Both the position numbers and the translations under genes were made by a program. From assembly GCF_963921235.1 (NCBI RefSeq), contig NC_086097.1:159342001-159406000 (forward strand): a stretch of 64,000 nt of DNA. The letters run 5' to 3'. Below are positions 35,755 through 49,462 of this stretch, piece by piece. The first letter of the stretch is position 1. Each line of letters opens with the position of its first letter. Origin of the DNA: Mobula hypostoma. Its lineage: Eukaryota. A model generated the notes under the pieces. That model ran no database searches and was not told the origin of the DNA. It saw only the letters and a list, made by a program, of their open reading frames with translations.

Positions 35755-37900
35755 GTTTAAAAATTCAAAGTAAATTTATTAACAAGGTACATATATGTCA
35801 CCATATGAATCCCTGAGATTCATTTTCTTGCAGACATTCAAAGTATAAAAAACACAATAGAATCAATGAAAGACTGCTCGCTACAGGTTGGACAAATGAC
35901 CAATGTGCAAAAAACAACAAAGAGTGCAAAGAAAGAAAGAAAATAATGATAATAAATAAGCAATAAATATTAAGAACATGAGATGAAGAGTAATTGAAAG
36001 TCGGGGCAGCTGTAGGAACAGTTCAGTGATGCAATAAGTGAAGTTGAGTGGTGTTATCCCCTCTGTTTCAAGAGCCTAATGGATAAGTAGTAATAGCTGT
36101 TCTGAAACTCAGTCATGTGGGTCCCAAGGCTCCTATGCCTCCTTCTTGTTGGCAGCAGTGAGAAGCGAGCATGGCTTAGATAGTAGGTATCCTTGATGAT
36201 GGATGCTGCTTTCCTGTGACCAGTGTTCCATGTAGATGTGCTCAGTGGTGGGGAGGGCTTGACCCGTGATGAGCTGGACTGTATCCACCACTTTTTTGAG
36301 GGCTTTTCTGTTCAAGGGTGTTGGTGTTTCCATACCAGGCAGTGTTGCAACCAGTCCACCACACATCTATAGAAGTTTGTCAAAGTTTGAGATGAGATGC
36401 CGAGTCTTCGCAAACATTAAAGAAAGTAGAGGTACTGCCGTGCTTTCTTTTTAATGGCAGTCACGTGTTGTGGGACAGAGCCTCTGAAAAAATAACACTG
36501 AGGAATTTAAATTGGCTGACCATAAATTCCACCTCTGATGAAGACTGGCGCATTGACCTTTGATTTAGTCCTCCTGATGCCAATAATCAGCTCCTTGATC
36601 TTGCTAACATTGAGTGAGAGGTTGTTGTTTTGGCAACACTCACCCAGATTTTCACTCTCCCTCCTATATGCTGATTGATCATCACCTTTGATTTGGCTGA
36701 TAGTGGTGTCATCCGCAAACTTAAATATGCCATTGGAGGTGTGCTTAGCCACACAGTCCTAAGTGTAAGGCGGGTAGAGCAGGGAGGTAAGCACACAGCC
36801 TTGTAGTGCACCTGTGCTTATGGTGATTGTGGAGGAGATGTTGTTGACTGAGACTTGCAAGTGAAGGAATCAACAATCCAGTAGCACGAGGAGTTATTGA
36901 GGCCCAGTTCTTGAAGCTTACTGACTAGTTTTGAGGTGGATGAGAGCATTGAATGCTGAGCTGTAGTCAATGAAGAGCATCCTGATGTATGCACCTTCAC
37001 CGTCCAGATGTTCCAGGGTTGAGTGAAGAGCCAATAAAATGGCATCTGCTGTGGATCTGTTGTGATGGTAGACAAATCGAAGTGGATCCAAGTCGATTCT
37101 CAGGCAGGACTTGACATGTTTCATCACCAGCCTCTCACAGCACTTCATCACAGTGGATATAAGTGCTACTGGATGATAGTCATTATGTTAGGTTACCACA
37201 TTTTTCTTAGACACCTGTATAATTACTGTATAATTGAAGCCTGCTTGAAGCAGATTGGTACATCAGACTGCCGAAATGAGAGGTTAAAGATATTGGTGAA
37301 CACTCCAGCCAGTTGATCAGTACATATTTTTGGTATATGGCTGGGTACCCCTTTTGGGCCAGATGCTACCCGTGGGTTCACCATCCTGAAATCACATGGT
37401 CACTGGAAGCTGTGGGAATTTGTGAAGGTGTCTCCATGTTTAGACAGTCAAAGCCAGCATAAAAGGCATTGAGCTCACCTAGAAGCAAAACCTTGATGTC
37501 ACCTATGGTGACACCATTCTAGCCCTGCCATGGCTGTTGAGCATCCTTCAGTGATTCACGTTTGGTCTGGAATTGCCAGTTTGCATGTGAGATGACTTTC
37601 TGGAGATGGTACCTGGACCACTTGTACTTTACTTGGTCACTAGGACTGAATTCCACTGATCCAGCCCTCTGCTGATTGTGGATCTCATGTGTTCATCCAT
37701 GGCTTCTGTGGGGAAGACTCTTGGGGAAGATTTTGTGGGGACATGCTTGTCTATGACTGTTTTCATAAAGTCTATGACAACTGTGAATGTATTTGTTCAG
37801 ATCTTCTGATGAGTTCTTTAACACAGTCCACTGACTCTAAATAATCATGTAGTCACTCCTCTTCTTCCCGCGACCACCTTTTTGTTATTCTTACTTCTGG
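35755..37900 (-). mobile_element. Long Rex1/Babar LINE fragment
   Basis: [21 protein letters not shown] and FKFADDTT; tail TAATAAATTTACTTTGAA on the reverse strand. Confidence 0.9.
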
Positions 37901-37981
37901 ATATATATTTATGTGCCTGTGTGTATATGTACTGTACGCATATAACATATACACTTTATATTACTTCTGGAAATATATATA

Positions 37982-38392
37982 CCTACTGCCCATTATGCTG
38001 CTTGTGTTTAGGGCAGAAATGAATGTCCTCCATCTCTGGTGGCTTCCAGGGCTTCCTTCATCATGCCAGTAGCTTGGTTTTAACTACTGTCAGTCATGCA
38101 TGTTCTGGGTGGAGACTCAGGAATACCATCACACTCAGATATAGAAGGATTCTTCATTGCTATTTTTGTAACAGTTTTGTTTTACCAGTCAGGGTTGTTA
38201 GCACTGAGCTGAACGCCCAAAACAGGAGCACTGGTAGACCACTCTTAGTCTGGCCTCTACCCTTTGACCTGTTTGGAATGGGTGACCATACCAAGGGCCA
38301 AAGTAGAAAGCTCTGACTGCAGCCAGCATAGCTCTTTGGGTCTTTGAGGCACACAAGCCTCCAAACTACAAGATTGTGGTCCTCTTGGAGGG
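37982..38392 (-). mobile_element. Bipartite non-autonomous RTE-clade element (5' UTR fused to 3' end)
   Basis: Reverse strand has an RTE-type 5' UTR (GGCTTGTGTGCCTCAAAGACCC..GAGCTATG...GGTCACCCAT...GCTAACAACCCTGACTGGTAAAAC) and a 3' end encoding RWRTFISALN, with no RT between them. Confidence 0.65.
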
Positions 38393-38859
38393 GAAAAAAT
38401 TACATTTCACTGTCATTTATAGTTTTTATGTATTGCACTATACTGCTGCTGCAAAACAACAGATTTCATGACGAATGCCAGTGAAATTAATTCTGATTCT
38501 GATTGCTTCCCCCTCAAGGCAAACTTACAAAATTCAACCTAACCAAGATAATCAAATGCTCCTCAAGACAGCATGATCAATGCCTCCGGAATCCAAGGTT
38601 ACACAAGACTTGCTGTTTGCTTTCCTCTTATGTAATCTTCCTGTAATGTTGGACAAAGTATGAAACCAAGGACCTTGTCAGGTGAATGTTTGTCTTTCTT
38701 TTGAACACAAGTAGATGTCAGCTAACTGCTGTCCTTTGACTGACATCACCAAATTAGAACAATAGATCTCTCACCTTATCCTCTTTTTGGGCACTTGTTG
38801 AGCAAAAGCTGTCCACTGAGTTTATAACCAATTATCACAAAAAAGTTCTGTTCAAAAGG

Positions 38860-39689
38860 TTCAAACAAGCTTGATGCATTTTGGAAACAAGTCCTGTGGT
38901 CTGATGAAGTTAAATTAGCTTTTTGGCTGCAATGAGCAAAGGTATGTTTGGAGAAAAACGGGTGCAGAATTTCATGAAAAGAAACCCTCTCCAACTGTTA
39001 AGCACGGGAGTGGATCGATCATGCTTTGGGCTTGTGTTGCAGTCAGTGGCACTGGGAACATTTCACTGGTAGAGAGAAGAATGAATTCAATTAAATACCA
39101 GCAAATTCTGGAAGCAAACATCACACTGTCTGTAAAAAAGCTGAAGATGAAAAGAGGATGGCTTCTACAACAGGATAACAAACCTAAACACACCTCAAAA
39201 TCCACAATGGGCTACCTCAAGAGGCGCAAGCTGAAGGTTTTGCTTTGGCCTTCACAGTCCCCCGACCTAAACATCATCGAGAATCCGTGGATAGACCTCA
39301 AAAGAGCAGTGCATGCAAGACAGCCCAAGAATCTCATAGAACTAGAAGCCTTTTGCAAGGAAGAATGGGCGAAAATCCCCCAGACAAGAATTGAAAGACT
39401 CTTAGCTGGCTACAAAAAGCGTTTACAAGCTGCAATACTTGCCAAAGGGGGTGTTACTAAGTACTGCCATGCAGGGTGCCCAAACTTTTGCTCCAGGCCC
39501 TTTTCCTTTGTTTTTGTTATTTTTAAACTGTAAAAGATGGAAATAAAAAATTTTTCTTGCTTAAAATATTAAAGAAATATGTTATCTTTAACTTTATGCC
39601 TTTTGGAAATCAGTTCATCTTTTACTCACTTAGCTATTCACAGTAACAGAAATTTTGACCAGGGGTGCCCAAACTTTTGCATGCCACTG
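38860..39689 (+). mobile_element. Tc1 (DD34E) transposon, left part missing
   Basis: VLWSDE, QQDNKPKH and SPDLNIIENPW, with exactly 34 residues between the second D and E. The right TIR ends ...GCATGCCACTG followed by TA (39690-39691). Confidence 0.95.
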
Positions 39690-40830
39690 TATTAGTCATC
39701 CTTAATTCCCCAGAACGGAGGGAGTTACCAGAAATTTTCGGGGGGGGGGGGTGATTAAGAGTCAATCACATTGGTGAAACCTGAGCCAGATCTACGTTAT
39801 AAATCATTGAAGAAATTGATGATAATTTGTAAGTACAGCATTTGCATTTGTTTTATTCCTACATTCACTGATGCACTAAATTCTATTTAACTAGTACACT
39901 TTGCATCACACAGCTAATACAAAGAGTGTGAGAAGGAAGCAAACATATTGTGAGCAATCTAATTAATAAACAGTGCTCTAGAAAATAAGACATAACACAG
40001 GCAATTCTGTAGTTTTATGATTGCCATTACTGATATGGATACTAGTTTTACATTCAATTACTTTGATTTAAATTCCACAGTAGCTGTGACAGGATTCAAA
40101 CTCAGGTCTCTTGATCAATAGCCTTGTGGATACATTTAGGGACTTCATCACTGTGTTACGCTCGTGCAAACAAAGAGAATGCATGGCAGTGGTGTAAAAG
40201 CATGGCAGTAGGGTCAGATGGCTAGCTGTAAGTTGTTGCAAAATAACAACTGCTCAGCAGGGCAGACAGCACCAATGGAGAGAGAGAGTTAATGCTTCAG
40301 GTTGTTGAACTTATATCAATGCTGGACTAGTTGGATAGATTTTAAGGGCCAGCAAAGTCAAAATGGACCAAATGGCCTTCCCCAAGGCTGAATGATTCTG
40401 AGGAACTTTAAAGCCACAAAGTTGATTGAATGGTGGCAACACATCCATTTGGCAGAGATTTGGAATCAAAATGAATTCAAAGCAATCTCAATGCTAATGT
40501 AAACCAGAGACTTGAATGTGATTTTCCAGATTGTGGTCAGAAATTTTTGCTCAGTTACTTGACCTGTTTATAAATTTTTAAATTGAAACCTCTGAGCTTT
40601 CACTGGGCTATTGGAGCTTCTCAAAGGTGGAACTGAAATGTCGATGCTTTGATGATTTGTTTGAAGCTATATATGACTGGGTTAACCTTTTTTTTTGTGC
40701 TGATCAAGCAGAATGTATTATTTCAAGCAAAAATAATTTCAGAATCAAGAATTCCCATGCCAAGAAAAGTTGAGTCAGACAGAGATGACAGCTTCCTCCA
40801 GGTCTAAAATTATAGCATATAAGTGCGACT

Positions 40831-41073
40831 GGAGGGGAGGAGAAGATGGCGGCGCGACACAGTGCACGTGGCTGCTTCGTAATGATATCCTATCATTGCA
40901 CTGTTGTAACTATATGTTATAATTATGTGGTTTTTGTCAGTTTTTCAGTCTTGGTTTGTCTTGTGTTTCTGTGATATCATTCAGGAGGAACATTGTATCA
41001 TTTTTTAATACATGCATTACTAAATGACAATAAAAGAGGGCTGCATGTCCTCATAATCTAATCTAATCTAATC
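40831..41073 (+). mobile_element. Short form of the YY1-head retroposon family
   Basis: GGAGGGGAGGAGAAGATGGCGGCG head joined to a 3' part matching 14548-14717; (TAATC)4 tail. Confidence 0.75.
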
Positions 41074-41354
41074 CTTGTATAGAAATCTGAATTAATTCTA
41101 GGAGAACCACGAGTAAATCAGGATTCTGAGATTTTCATTTTATCTCCATTGGCTGGAACTGTATTCATATTGAGAGTAAAGAGGGAATTGTGGTATGTCT
41201 AGAAAGATTGCTAGGGCAACAAGTCAAGGACTACACTAGACGACTTTTTAGATTGTGAGCAATATAGTATTGCATGAACATAGACTAGAGTATGGTTTCT
41301 GTTTATGTGAATGCTTGGATGCTGATTTTTTTATGATCTGAGATTTGCATTAAT

Positions 41355-42070
41355 TTCCCTATCTGCAATTGTCCTTGAGAGATGATGGTAGTCGAATTGC
41401 TTCTTGAACTGTTCTTACTGATAATGCCATTAGGGAGGGGGTTCTAGTAATTAGATCCAGTGGCAATGAAATGTCCATGTCAGAATTGTTTTTAATTTGA
41501 AAGGAAGTCTGCAGAGAGTGGTGTTCAAAGTGCCTGAAGCTATTGACTTGCTGGTAAGGCACTTGGGTTTAGAAATGGTCTATGCGTATAACTGAAAAGT
41601 ATTTTGTAGATGGTACGCAATGCAGGTCCATAACTCAGAATATCAAAAACTTTACTGTAGTGGTTAGCACAACGCTTTGCAGTTCAGATGACCTGGGTTC
41701 TCCTACAGTTTCTTCCCACAGTCCTACAACATACCAGTTGGTAGGCTGCTTGATCATTGTAAAATGTCCCATGATTAGGCTTGGATTAAATTGTGGGAGT
41801 TACTGGGCAGCAAGGCTTGAAGGGCTGGAAGGGCCTACTCTGCTCTACATCTCAATAAATATATAAGATATATAACTAATAAACAGTCAACATTTACATC
41901 ATGCACAAGGTAAAATTCAGGAGTGTAATGAAGTGCTCCCTTCTGTATTAGTGCAGCCGCAACAACCATCAAGAAGCTCAATACCATCCAGGACAATGCA
42001 ACATAGTTCATTGATCTCTTATCCAGCTCCCTAAACACTCACACACACACAGCTACTGATGCTACAAAAT
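41355..42070. mobile_element. Old CR1/L2-group LINE fragments (41355-41625 minus, 41890-42070 plus) flanking a deleted V-SINE (41655-41870 plus)
   Basis: SAAATTIKKLNTIQDNA motif; a related 3' end occurs at 47100-47345. The SINE matches 3512-3790. Confidence 0.55.
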
Positions 42071-42399
42071 TTAAAGCAGAGTTAATGAATACTAAAGTTG
42101 GACGAAAAGATCCTTAACCAATGGTACATTGTGTGCCCTTGTTACTTTCAATGAGAACTCTTTCATCAGGTGAAGGAAGAGAATAAGTGTGAAGGAGAAG
42201 ATGCTCTTAGCTGTGACCTTTCAGTTCTGATTACTTCAAGGACTACAAACAGCCTGAATAGCACAGTGGCGCCACGTCTAGTAGGTCTGTCATGCCAGTG
42301 TGAGACAAATTGTACCCATTGACTGCGATAATGAATCAGAAGGGCTAAGAGTTTAATAACAATCCATGTATAATAATAATACATATATATTTGTGTGGT

Positions 42400-42790
42400 T
42401 ATATTTTTACTAATATTCTATATGTGTTTTTATATGTGAGGACTGCACCTCAAAGCCATGGTATCACCCAGCGGGCATTGGAGTTGGGGCCAGTTGAGAG
42501 GTGATCTCGGTGGGATGGGATGGTGTCTGGACAACATACATCCATATTCAGTGTTGTTGTATTTTCCTGATACTCCATATGCGCTTGTTGACCTTTATGT
42601 GCGAGGTCTGGGCCTTGTGGTAGTGTCACGGGGGCGGGGCATCAGGCCTCTTTTAATCTGTGATTGTGATCTTGTGTGTGTGTCTGTTGGTACTGTGTTG
42701 TGGCTCCTTGACCCTGTAGTAACACTGTCTTGTTTGGCTGTATTCATTAGTATTCATGTATGGTTGAAGGACAATTGGAATTGAATTGAG
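42400..42790 (+). mobile_element. Unclassified non-coding retroposon-like segment with (GAATT)n tail
   Basis: GT-rich body ending GTATGGTTGAAGGACAATTGGAATTGAATTGA, a layout like the Rex-type tails. Confidence 0.4.
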
Positions 42791-44639
42791 TTTTCATAAT
42801 TATTGTTTTCTTCAAGATTCTTGCATCGTTTTAGTACTTTTCAATTATTTTTCCCTGAAAATTCCCTTGTCCCCTCCCTAACCAGCCACTCAATTCAATC
42901 ATCTTTCTCTTCCTTTATATCTTGCACTTCTTCCCTCAGTCCTCATGACTGCCTGTGTTCCTTTGTGCATGTCCTTGTGATTCTCATTCACTTTCTCACC
43001 ATCTTAATTTGCTCTCCAACCTAATTCTGCCATGCTGGCCATTACTTACAATGGCCGGAGATCCTGGGAGAAATATCTTTGTGTAACTATCCTTGTCCGA
43101 TGTTCATTTCACCAAGCATGGCACAATGAATCAAATGCACAACAGAATATTATTTTTAAATTTCTAGACCATCAGAACCAGCTTCCAGGAAGGAGTCAAC
43201 TGCAAATATGTCAAATTGCCATAATTATTTTAACCGATGTTGATAAAATTAGTTTTGAAACTGAGGGCAATCTTACTCAGGAGAGCCAAATTATCTGTGG
43301 TGTTCAGTGTGTTATAAAGGCTGCAGGACCCTTGGGGAGGTGGGGTAGGAATTGTTGAAACCCTGCATCAGGACATCCTGCATCAAAAGCCTCCCTCAAT
43401 CATTGTGGTTGTTCACTCAGTGTTACTTTCCTGCACTCACATCAATTCCTTGCAACCTTTGAAGGGTTGAATAGTTACTTCTGCCCCTATTTATTATGTT
43501 CTGAGAGCTTTGAGCTACCATATTTAATTTCTAAATTGGTTCGAACAGTAACAAATTATTGAAGTTAAATTAATCCTCCAGGGCACAACCTAAAATGATA
43601 TGGAAGTGAGTGCCATCGTATTCTGCTTCGGAAATACTGTTCCATCGGATGTGGGTTTTAGGAGAGTATGATTTGCAAATACATTAGTAAATCATGTTTA
43701 ATGCATATAAGTGACAATGAAATTCCGCCCATTTTCTTTCTCCTTGTGAAAGAAACCGTTAAGCGCAAACTGTTAGCAACGATTTATGGGTTATGTTTTT
43801 TGAGAGCATATTGGCAAATAGATTAAATACCATGTGGTAATTTAATGAATTGGTATATTCACTGATGTAATAGTTTTTTTTAGTTTTTTAATAAGCCTTT
43901 TCAGCTTTAATTGGAATTTTGTGGAGCTTTTATCCTGCTATCATATTGCTGTGTTAATATTGGGTTAGTGATATAGTTGAAAATGACCCTGTTATTTGTG
44001 AAGCAGTAATTAATGGTTTGCTAACTATTATTTAGTCCCTGCTAAAACGAGGGGCGAAATAATCAATGCTAATCGAAACACTTCCAGATGCGTTCACATA
44101 TTTTATCACTTCATTCTGCTGCCATCTGTGAATGGCGGCTTCTTAAACTGTTAGCAATCTCCTTTCCCATCCTTAGCTGTGTTTGAGTCCTTGAGTCCTG
44201 CTCTGAGCAGAAAGATGTGCCTCCTCTGCAGCTTATTGGATGGCAATATCTTGCCGCACAGCTTTTCTGCATTGTATGATAAATTATATAAATATTTGAG
44301 CTTTCTCCTAGTGTCCATGAGATATCAATAACAAAAAGATGCAAAATACCACAGTAAGTGGATGTTTGAAATATAAGCAAATAACTAATAGATGAAGAAA
44401 GAATATTTATTGAGTGAAATTATGCTAACACTTCAAGTGAGTGAATTTTCATTGGAATTGGAAAATTGAAAGTTGAAAATTGGGGCTTTTCAGTTCTGAA
44501 GCTGAAGATTTCACAGCATTGTACAGAAATGTATAATTCTGTGCCCGCTTGGTCAAACTCGATTTCTCAGTAATGTACAAATCTATGAAATCATCAAGAT
44601 TGACCAAGAGGGCACTGACATGGTCTGTAAGAACTTACT

Positions 44640-45130
44640 TCTCAGATCTTTAAATTTCTCTTTTTCACTTTAAACCCATGACTAATTCTAGATGCCCCTG
44701 CCCTGGGTGGGGGTGGGTGGAGGAAGAAACAAGATACTGGCTATCTGTGCTCTTCATAATTATGTCACCCCATCTGTTTCCAATGTCTCCAATGAATAAA
44801 CTCAGCCTATCCAACTACTCCTTATAACTACATCCTTCCATTCCAGGCAGCATCCTGCTGAATTTCTTTTGCACCTTCTCTATTGCTATCACATCCTTCT
44901 TTCCATGTGGTGAGTAGAAAAGTGCACAATATTCTAGGTGTAATCAAACAGATATTTTGTACACCTGCAACATGATGTCCCATTTCTCATACTCAGTGCA
45001 TCAATGCATGAAGAAAAGCATACAAAATGCCTTTTTTACTATCCTATACACCTGTGTTATCACTTAAAGATAGCTATGGACTTCCACCCCAAGGTCCATC
45101 TATATATCAATCCTCCTAAGGTCCACAATG
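44640..45130 (-). mobile_element. Old CR1 fragment
   Basis: Reverse strand gives LEYCALFYSPH and EKVQKKFSRMLPGMEG. Confidence 0.75.
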
Positions 45131-47394
45131 CTCACTGCAGTGGAAACTAAACTACATCCATTGTACATTGAGAGGCAGCTACCATGCCTTCCTAAGGCAA
45201 AGATCTATTTTTTACCATTCATCCATTAATAATAATGGAGGATCAGAGAGATACAACACTGAAACAAGTTCTTTGGCCCACCAAGTTCACTCATTTATGT
45301 TGGCCTTACATTAATCCTTCCTTAAATATGCAAAAGATGACTGATGGCACTAAAATTATAATAGTGGCTATTGGAAGATGCTAACTGTAACAACAGCTGA
45401 CAAGATATGAAGATATTAATGACATAAAGGTGCAAAGACAACTTAACATTGAGTCACAGATCGCCAATTTAAAAAAATAGAACTGAGAATTTGAAACAAA
45501 GATCCCAGTAAAAAAAACAGAAACCGTATTAGTCCTGTTGTCAACAGTATAAGCATTTGGATAACCCCTGACACTCCTGAGTAATCACAAGCTCAAATGA
45601 ATATCTACTGTTAATTTTGGCAACAATTTTCATTTGAAGACTCACATCCAGACAGACTGTCAATCATAAGGGACAAGAATCCCTGATTGTTTGAAAGGTG
45701 AAATATGTTGTGAGTTCTGGTGTCAATGTGAGTGACAGTATCACTTCCAATTGCACAAACAGCTAGCAGGAACAACAATATTTATAATCCACGACAATGA
45801 TGGATCCTTAAAAACACATTTTTGCATGGATATTACACTGACTGACAGTTTTTAAAGAAAGGAATTATAGCATCTTTGGGGACACTGCAACTCTTACTTT
45901 GTACAAAATACACTGTAGTTGTGTGTATTTTATTGAAGTAAGTATATAAAGCAGAGTAATTCACTCATAAGTGATAATATATAGCTCATGCTTGCATTTC
46001 TGACAAACCTTGTTCTGCTTCAGTGTTGATGGCAATGTAAGCTTATCATTTGAAGGTAGCGTTTGAGTAAACTTGGTAACATTTCATTTGTTTATTCTTG
46101 GAGCAAGCCTCACAATTGATGATTACAAGTTTTTTATGTGAGTATTGCTGAAGATCTCTTCAGGGTGGCTTACCACCCAGTGCAGACCTCTACACTGCAT
46201 TACAGAGATCAGGGCTTCATTTATTTTTCCATGAGGATTCTCCAATTAATATTAGAAGTTTGGCTAAAAATTAAGGAAGATTTCTGAGTACCTAAGACCT
46301 TGAAATTTGTTTAAAAGTAAACCAGGATCCTCTGAGGCAATGCTTGACCATCCTTCCAAGGACGACTATTTCACCGGTTGTCCACTTAAGACTGCATAAG
46401 AAATACAGTCATTTGGATAAGCCACTCCAGAATAAAATATTTGTGGTAGTCTTGAGTACCATAGGAATGTGAGAAATGAAGCAAAGTATAAAAATCTTGC
46501 AACTCCCAACTACTTTCCATAACATATCCAATGTTGAGAACTAGTGTGATAAAACTAGGGCTGTAATTATTTGAAGAGGGAAGAGAGAAGGGGTGACTGT
46601 GAAGAACTGTAAGTGCTCTGTAGTAGTTTGACAGATCTAGCATTTCTCCTATGACGATTACATCCTCACTCCTTGTCTGTACCTTACCTAGAGGGAATTC
46701 ATTTGAAATAATTTCTAGATGGGAGAGGCAAGCACCACATCAGATCAATGTTTGCTTCTTGTAAAGAGCTTGCAGGGCATGAAGAAACCTGTGACCTTGC
46801 AGATAGAAAAATACTTAAATCTAGAAATTGCTGCTTTGGTATGATTATTTTCTAAAGACCATAAATATAAATACTAAAGATACTGGGTTTGAGGGCGAGT
46901 ATGTTTCACGGAGTGACTCACAACCTGCCCCCATTTCTAAACACTCTGCCATTTGCAAGTGCAATGGAATATTTTTCACTTTTCTGGATAAGGGCACAGT
47001 TGATTATTTTTGACACTGTGCTTGGAGTGTATATCATTCACATATTTATTCCTGTGATTCCACCAGGGCATCTTTGACACAGGTCACAATAATAAACAAA
47101 TACTAATACCTTCCAATTCTGCAATGTTATTGGAAAAACACCATCTCCAAGTCTTGCAGTTCTCTGACTTATCACTGTTCCTTCATCAATGTCATAAGGA
47201 CTACTAAATAACATCATTATGAGAGCAGCCTCACCATAAGATATTGGCTCAAGAAGATTACTCACAATCTACCCATTGGCAATTAGTTTGGACAATAAAT
47301 CCACATTTTTGCTGGTGATGCACAAATCGGATTAATGATTTTAAAAATATAGGTAATATTGAAAGTGTGACCTGAACAGAAATGGAAGCTAGTT

Positions 47395-47900
47395 TTATGT
47401 TCAGTTCTGTCACCTTATCATAGGAAGAATGTGGAAGAATTAGAAAGGGTGCAGAAGAGATCTACCGGTAAGCTCCCTGGATTAGAGAGCATGTATTATG
47501 ACTGAAAGCTTGAGGGTGAGCTAGGGCTTTTCTCCTTGGAATGAAAGAGGGTGTGAGGTGACTAGTTAGAGCTGCATAAGGTAATAAGAGACCTAGACAG
47601 AGTAGACAGACAGCTCCTTCTTCCCGGAGCGGTAATAGCTAATACGAGAGAGAATAATTTTAAGGAGATTAGAGGAAGGTACAGGGGACATGTCAGATAT
47701 AGATTTTTTTTTACACAAGGAGTGGTAAGTGTGTGGATTGCACTGCTCTGGGTGGTGGTAGAGGCAGATAAATTTGGAGACATTTAAGAAACTGGATGAA
47801 AGAAAAATGGAAAGGAAAGATTAAATTGATTTTCGAGTAGGTTAAAATGCCAGCACAACATAGTGGGCTAAAGGGCGTAGACGGTGCTGTACTCTTCTCT
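47395..47900 (+). mobile_element. CR1 3' fragment
   Basis: VQFCHL..RKNVEELERVQKR and FFTQGVV. Confidence 0.8.
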
Positions 47901-48911
47901 GATACCACTTTGTTCAAGATTTTCTTTCAATTTTAGAAGAAAATAGTTGTGCATACGCTCTGCCCATGTAAAAAGTTGCATTAAATCTCCAAGATATATT
48001 CTCACTCACTGACCTGTTTCAATTACTATTACATAGTGGCCTATGATATGCTTTGAAAATTGTATGTGTTATAACCTTTATTTCTAATGCTACACTTCCA
48101 TAAACTTAATTTACAGAGGAGGAAGAAAACCTCATAAATGCCCAAGGTGACCCAATCTACCAATTCTACTTTGCCCTGATTTTATTATTTGACATCTCAA
48201 AGAAAGTCAATTAATTTTAGCTAAAATCTTGTCCAATTTCCGTGATTTTCACTGTTGTCACAGAGGGAATTAAAAACTTTAAACTGTAATTAATAATTTA
48301 AGTGTACACTTCACTCTTAATTATGCAGAGCAGTAATATGTTAACCAACAGCCAACATTCTTGCCTACATCTTTTATATTTCCTCACAGATGCTAATGAC
48401 AGCCTTGGGAAATTAGGTTTATTAAGGAATAAGTGTTCAGACATTAACTGTCTGAATAGTGGACCAAAACAGTGCTTATCCTTGAATGAAATTTAACTGT
48501 AAGATGATGTGCAATGCATCTTCACAATGCATGCTGTCTTATAGATGGCCAGGAATTGCATTGTATCTATTTATAGTACAAAAATTACATTTTGAATTAA
48601 GGCCAAATCCAATTCCCATACAAAATCCATGATATAGGCCAAAATCTGGCATGAGACAGTGTTAGAGTGCTTGACACCCATAAACTAGAACAGAGGATGT
48701 TCAATCTCATACAGGATGTCACTGACTTAATGTGAATCTCTCCTACAAAGGTGCACTCACTGAGGCAGCCACATAGCAGCAACACATGTTTCAGCTATGT
48801 GGAGGAGACAACTGCTCCAAGGGAGTAAAGAGACCACCCTGCATTCAGTCAAAGGAGTATGCATGTACTTGTCAATGATACATATGCTACATTTATAGAA
48901 GAAGATTGTAG

Positions 48912-49462
48912 GTATTTGGAGTATTGTGTACAGTTCTGGTCAGCTAACTATAGGAAGGATATCAGTAAGATTGAAAGAGTGAAAAGAAGATTTACTAGGA
49001 CGTTGCCGGGTCTTCAGGAGTTGAGTTACAGGGAAAGATTGAACAGGTTAGGACTTTAATCCTTGGAGTGTAGAAGAATGAGAGGAGATTTGAGAGGGGT
49101 TTACAAAATTATGAGGGGTATAGACCGAGTAAATGTGAATAGGCTCTTTCCACTTAGATTAGAAGAGAAAAATATGAGAGGACATGGCTTTAGGGTGAAA
49201 GGGGAAAGGATTAGAGGGAGCATTAGGGGGAACTTCTTGACTCAGAGAATGGTGGGAGTGTGGAACGAGCTGCCATCTGACGTGGTAAATGTGGGATCAC
49301 TCTTAAGTTTTAAGAATAAGTTGGACAGGTACATGGATGGGAGAGGTCTGGAGGGTTATGGACTGGATGCAGGTCAATGGGACTAGTGGAATAATGTTTC
49401 GGCACAGACTAGAAGAGCCGAATGGCCTGTCTTCTGTGCTGTGCTGTTCACTGGTTCTATGG
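48912..49462 (+). mobile_element. CR1 3' fragment
   Basis: LEYCVQFWSANYRKD...WNELP; same subfamily 3' end as 701-1460. Confidence 0.92.

Noticed and set aside
39739..39751. Poly-G runs (also 50822-50834) as G-quadruplex elements
   Set aside because: Simple homopolymers, prone to slippage or assembly error.
40420..40560. Further Harbinger-like remnants (NLNA, FPDC)
   Set aside because: Too few and too weak to separate from chance.
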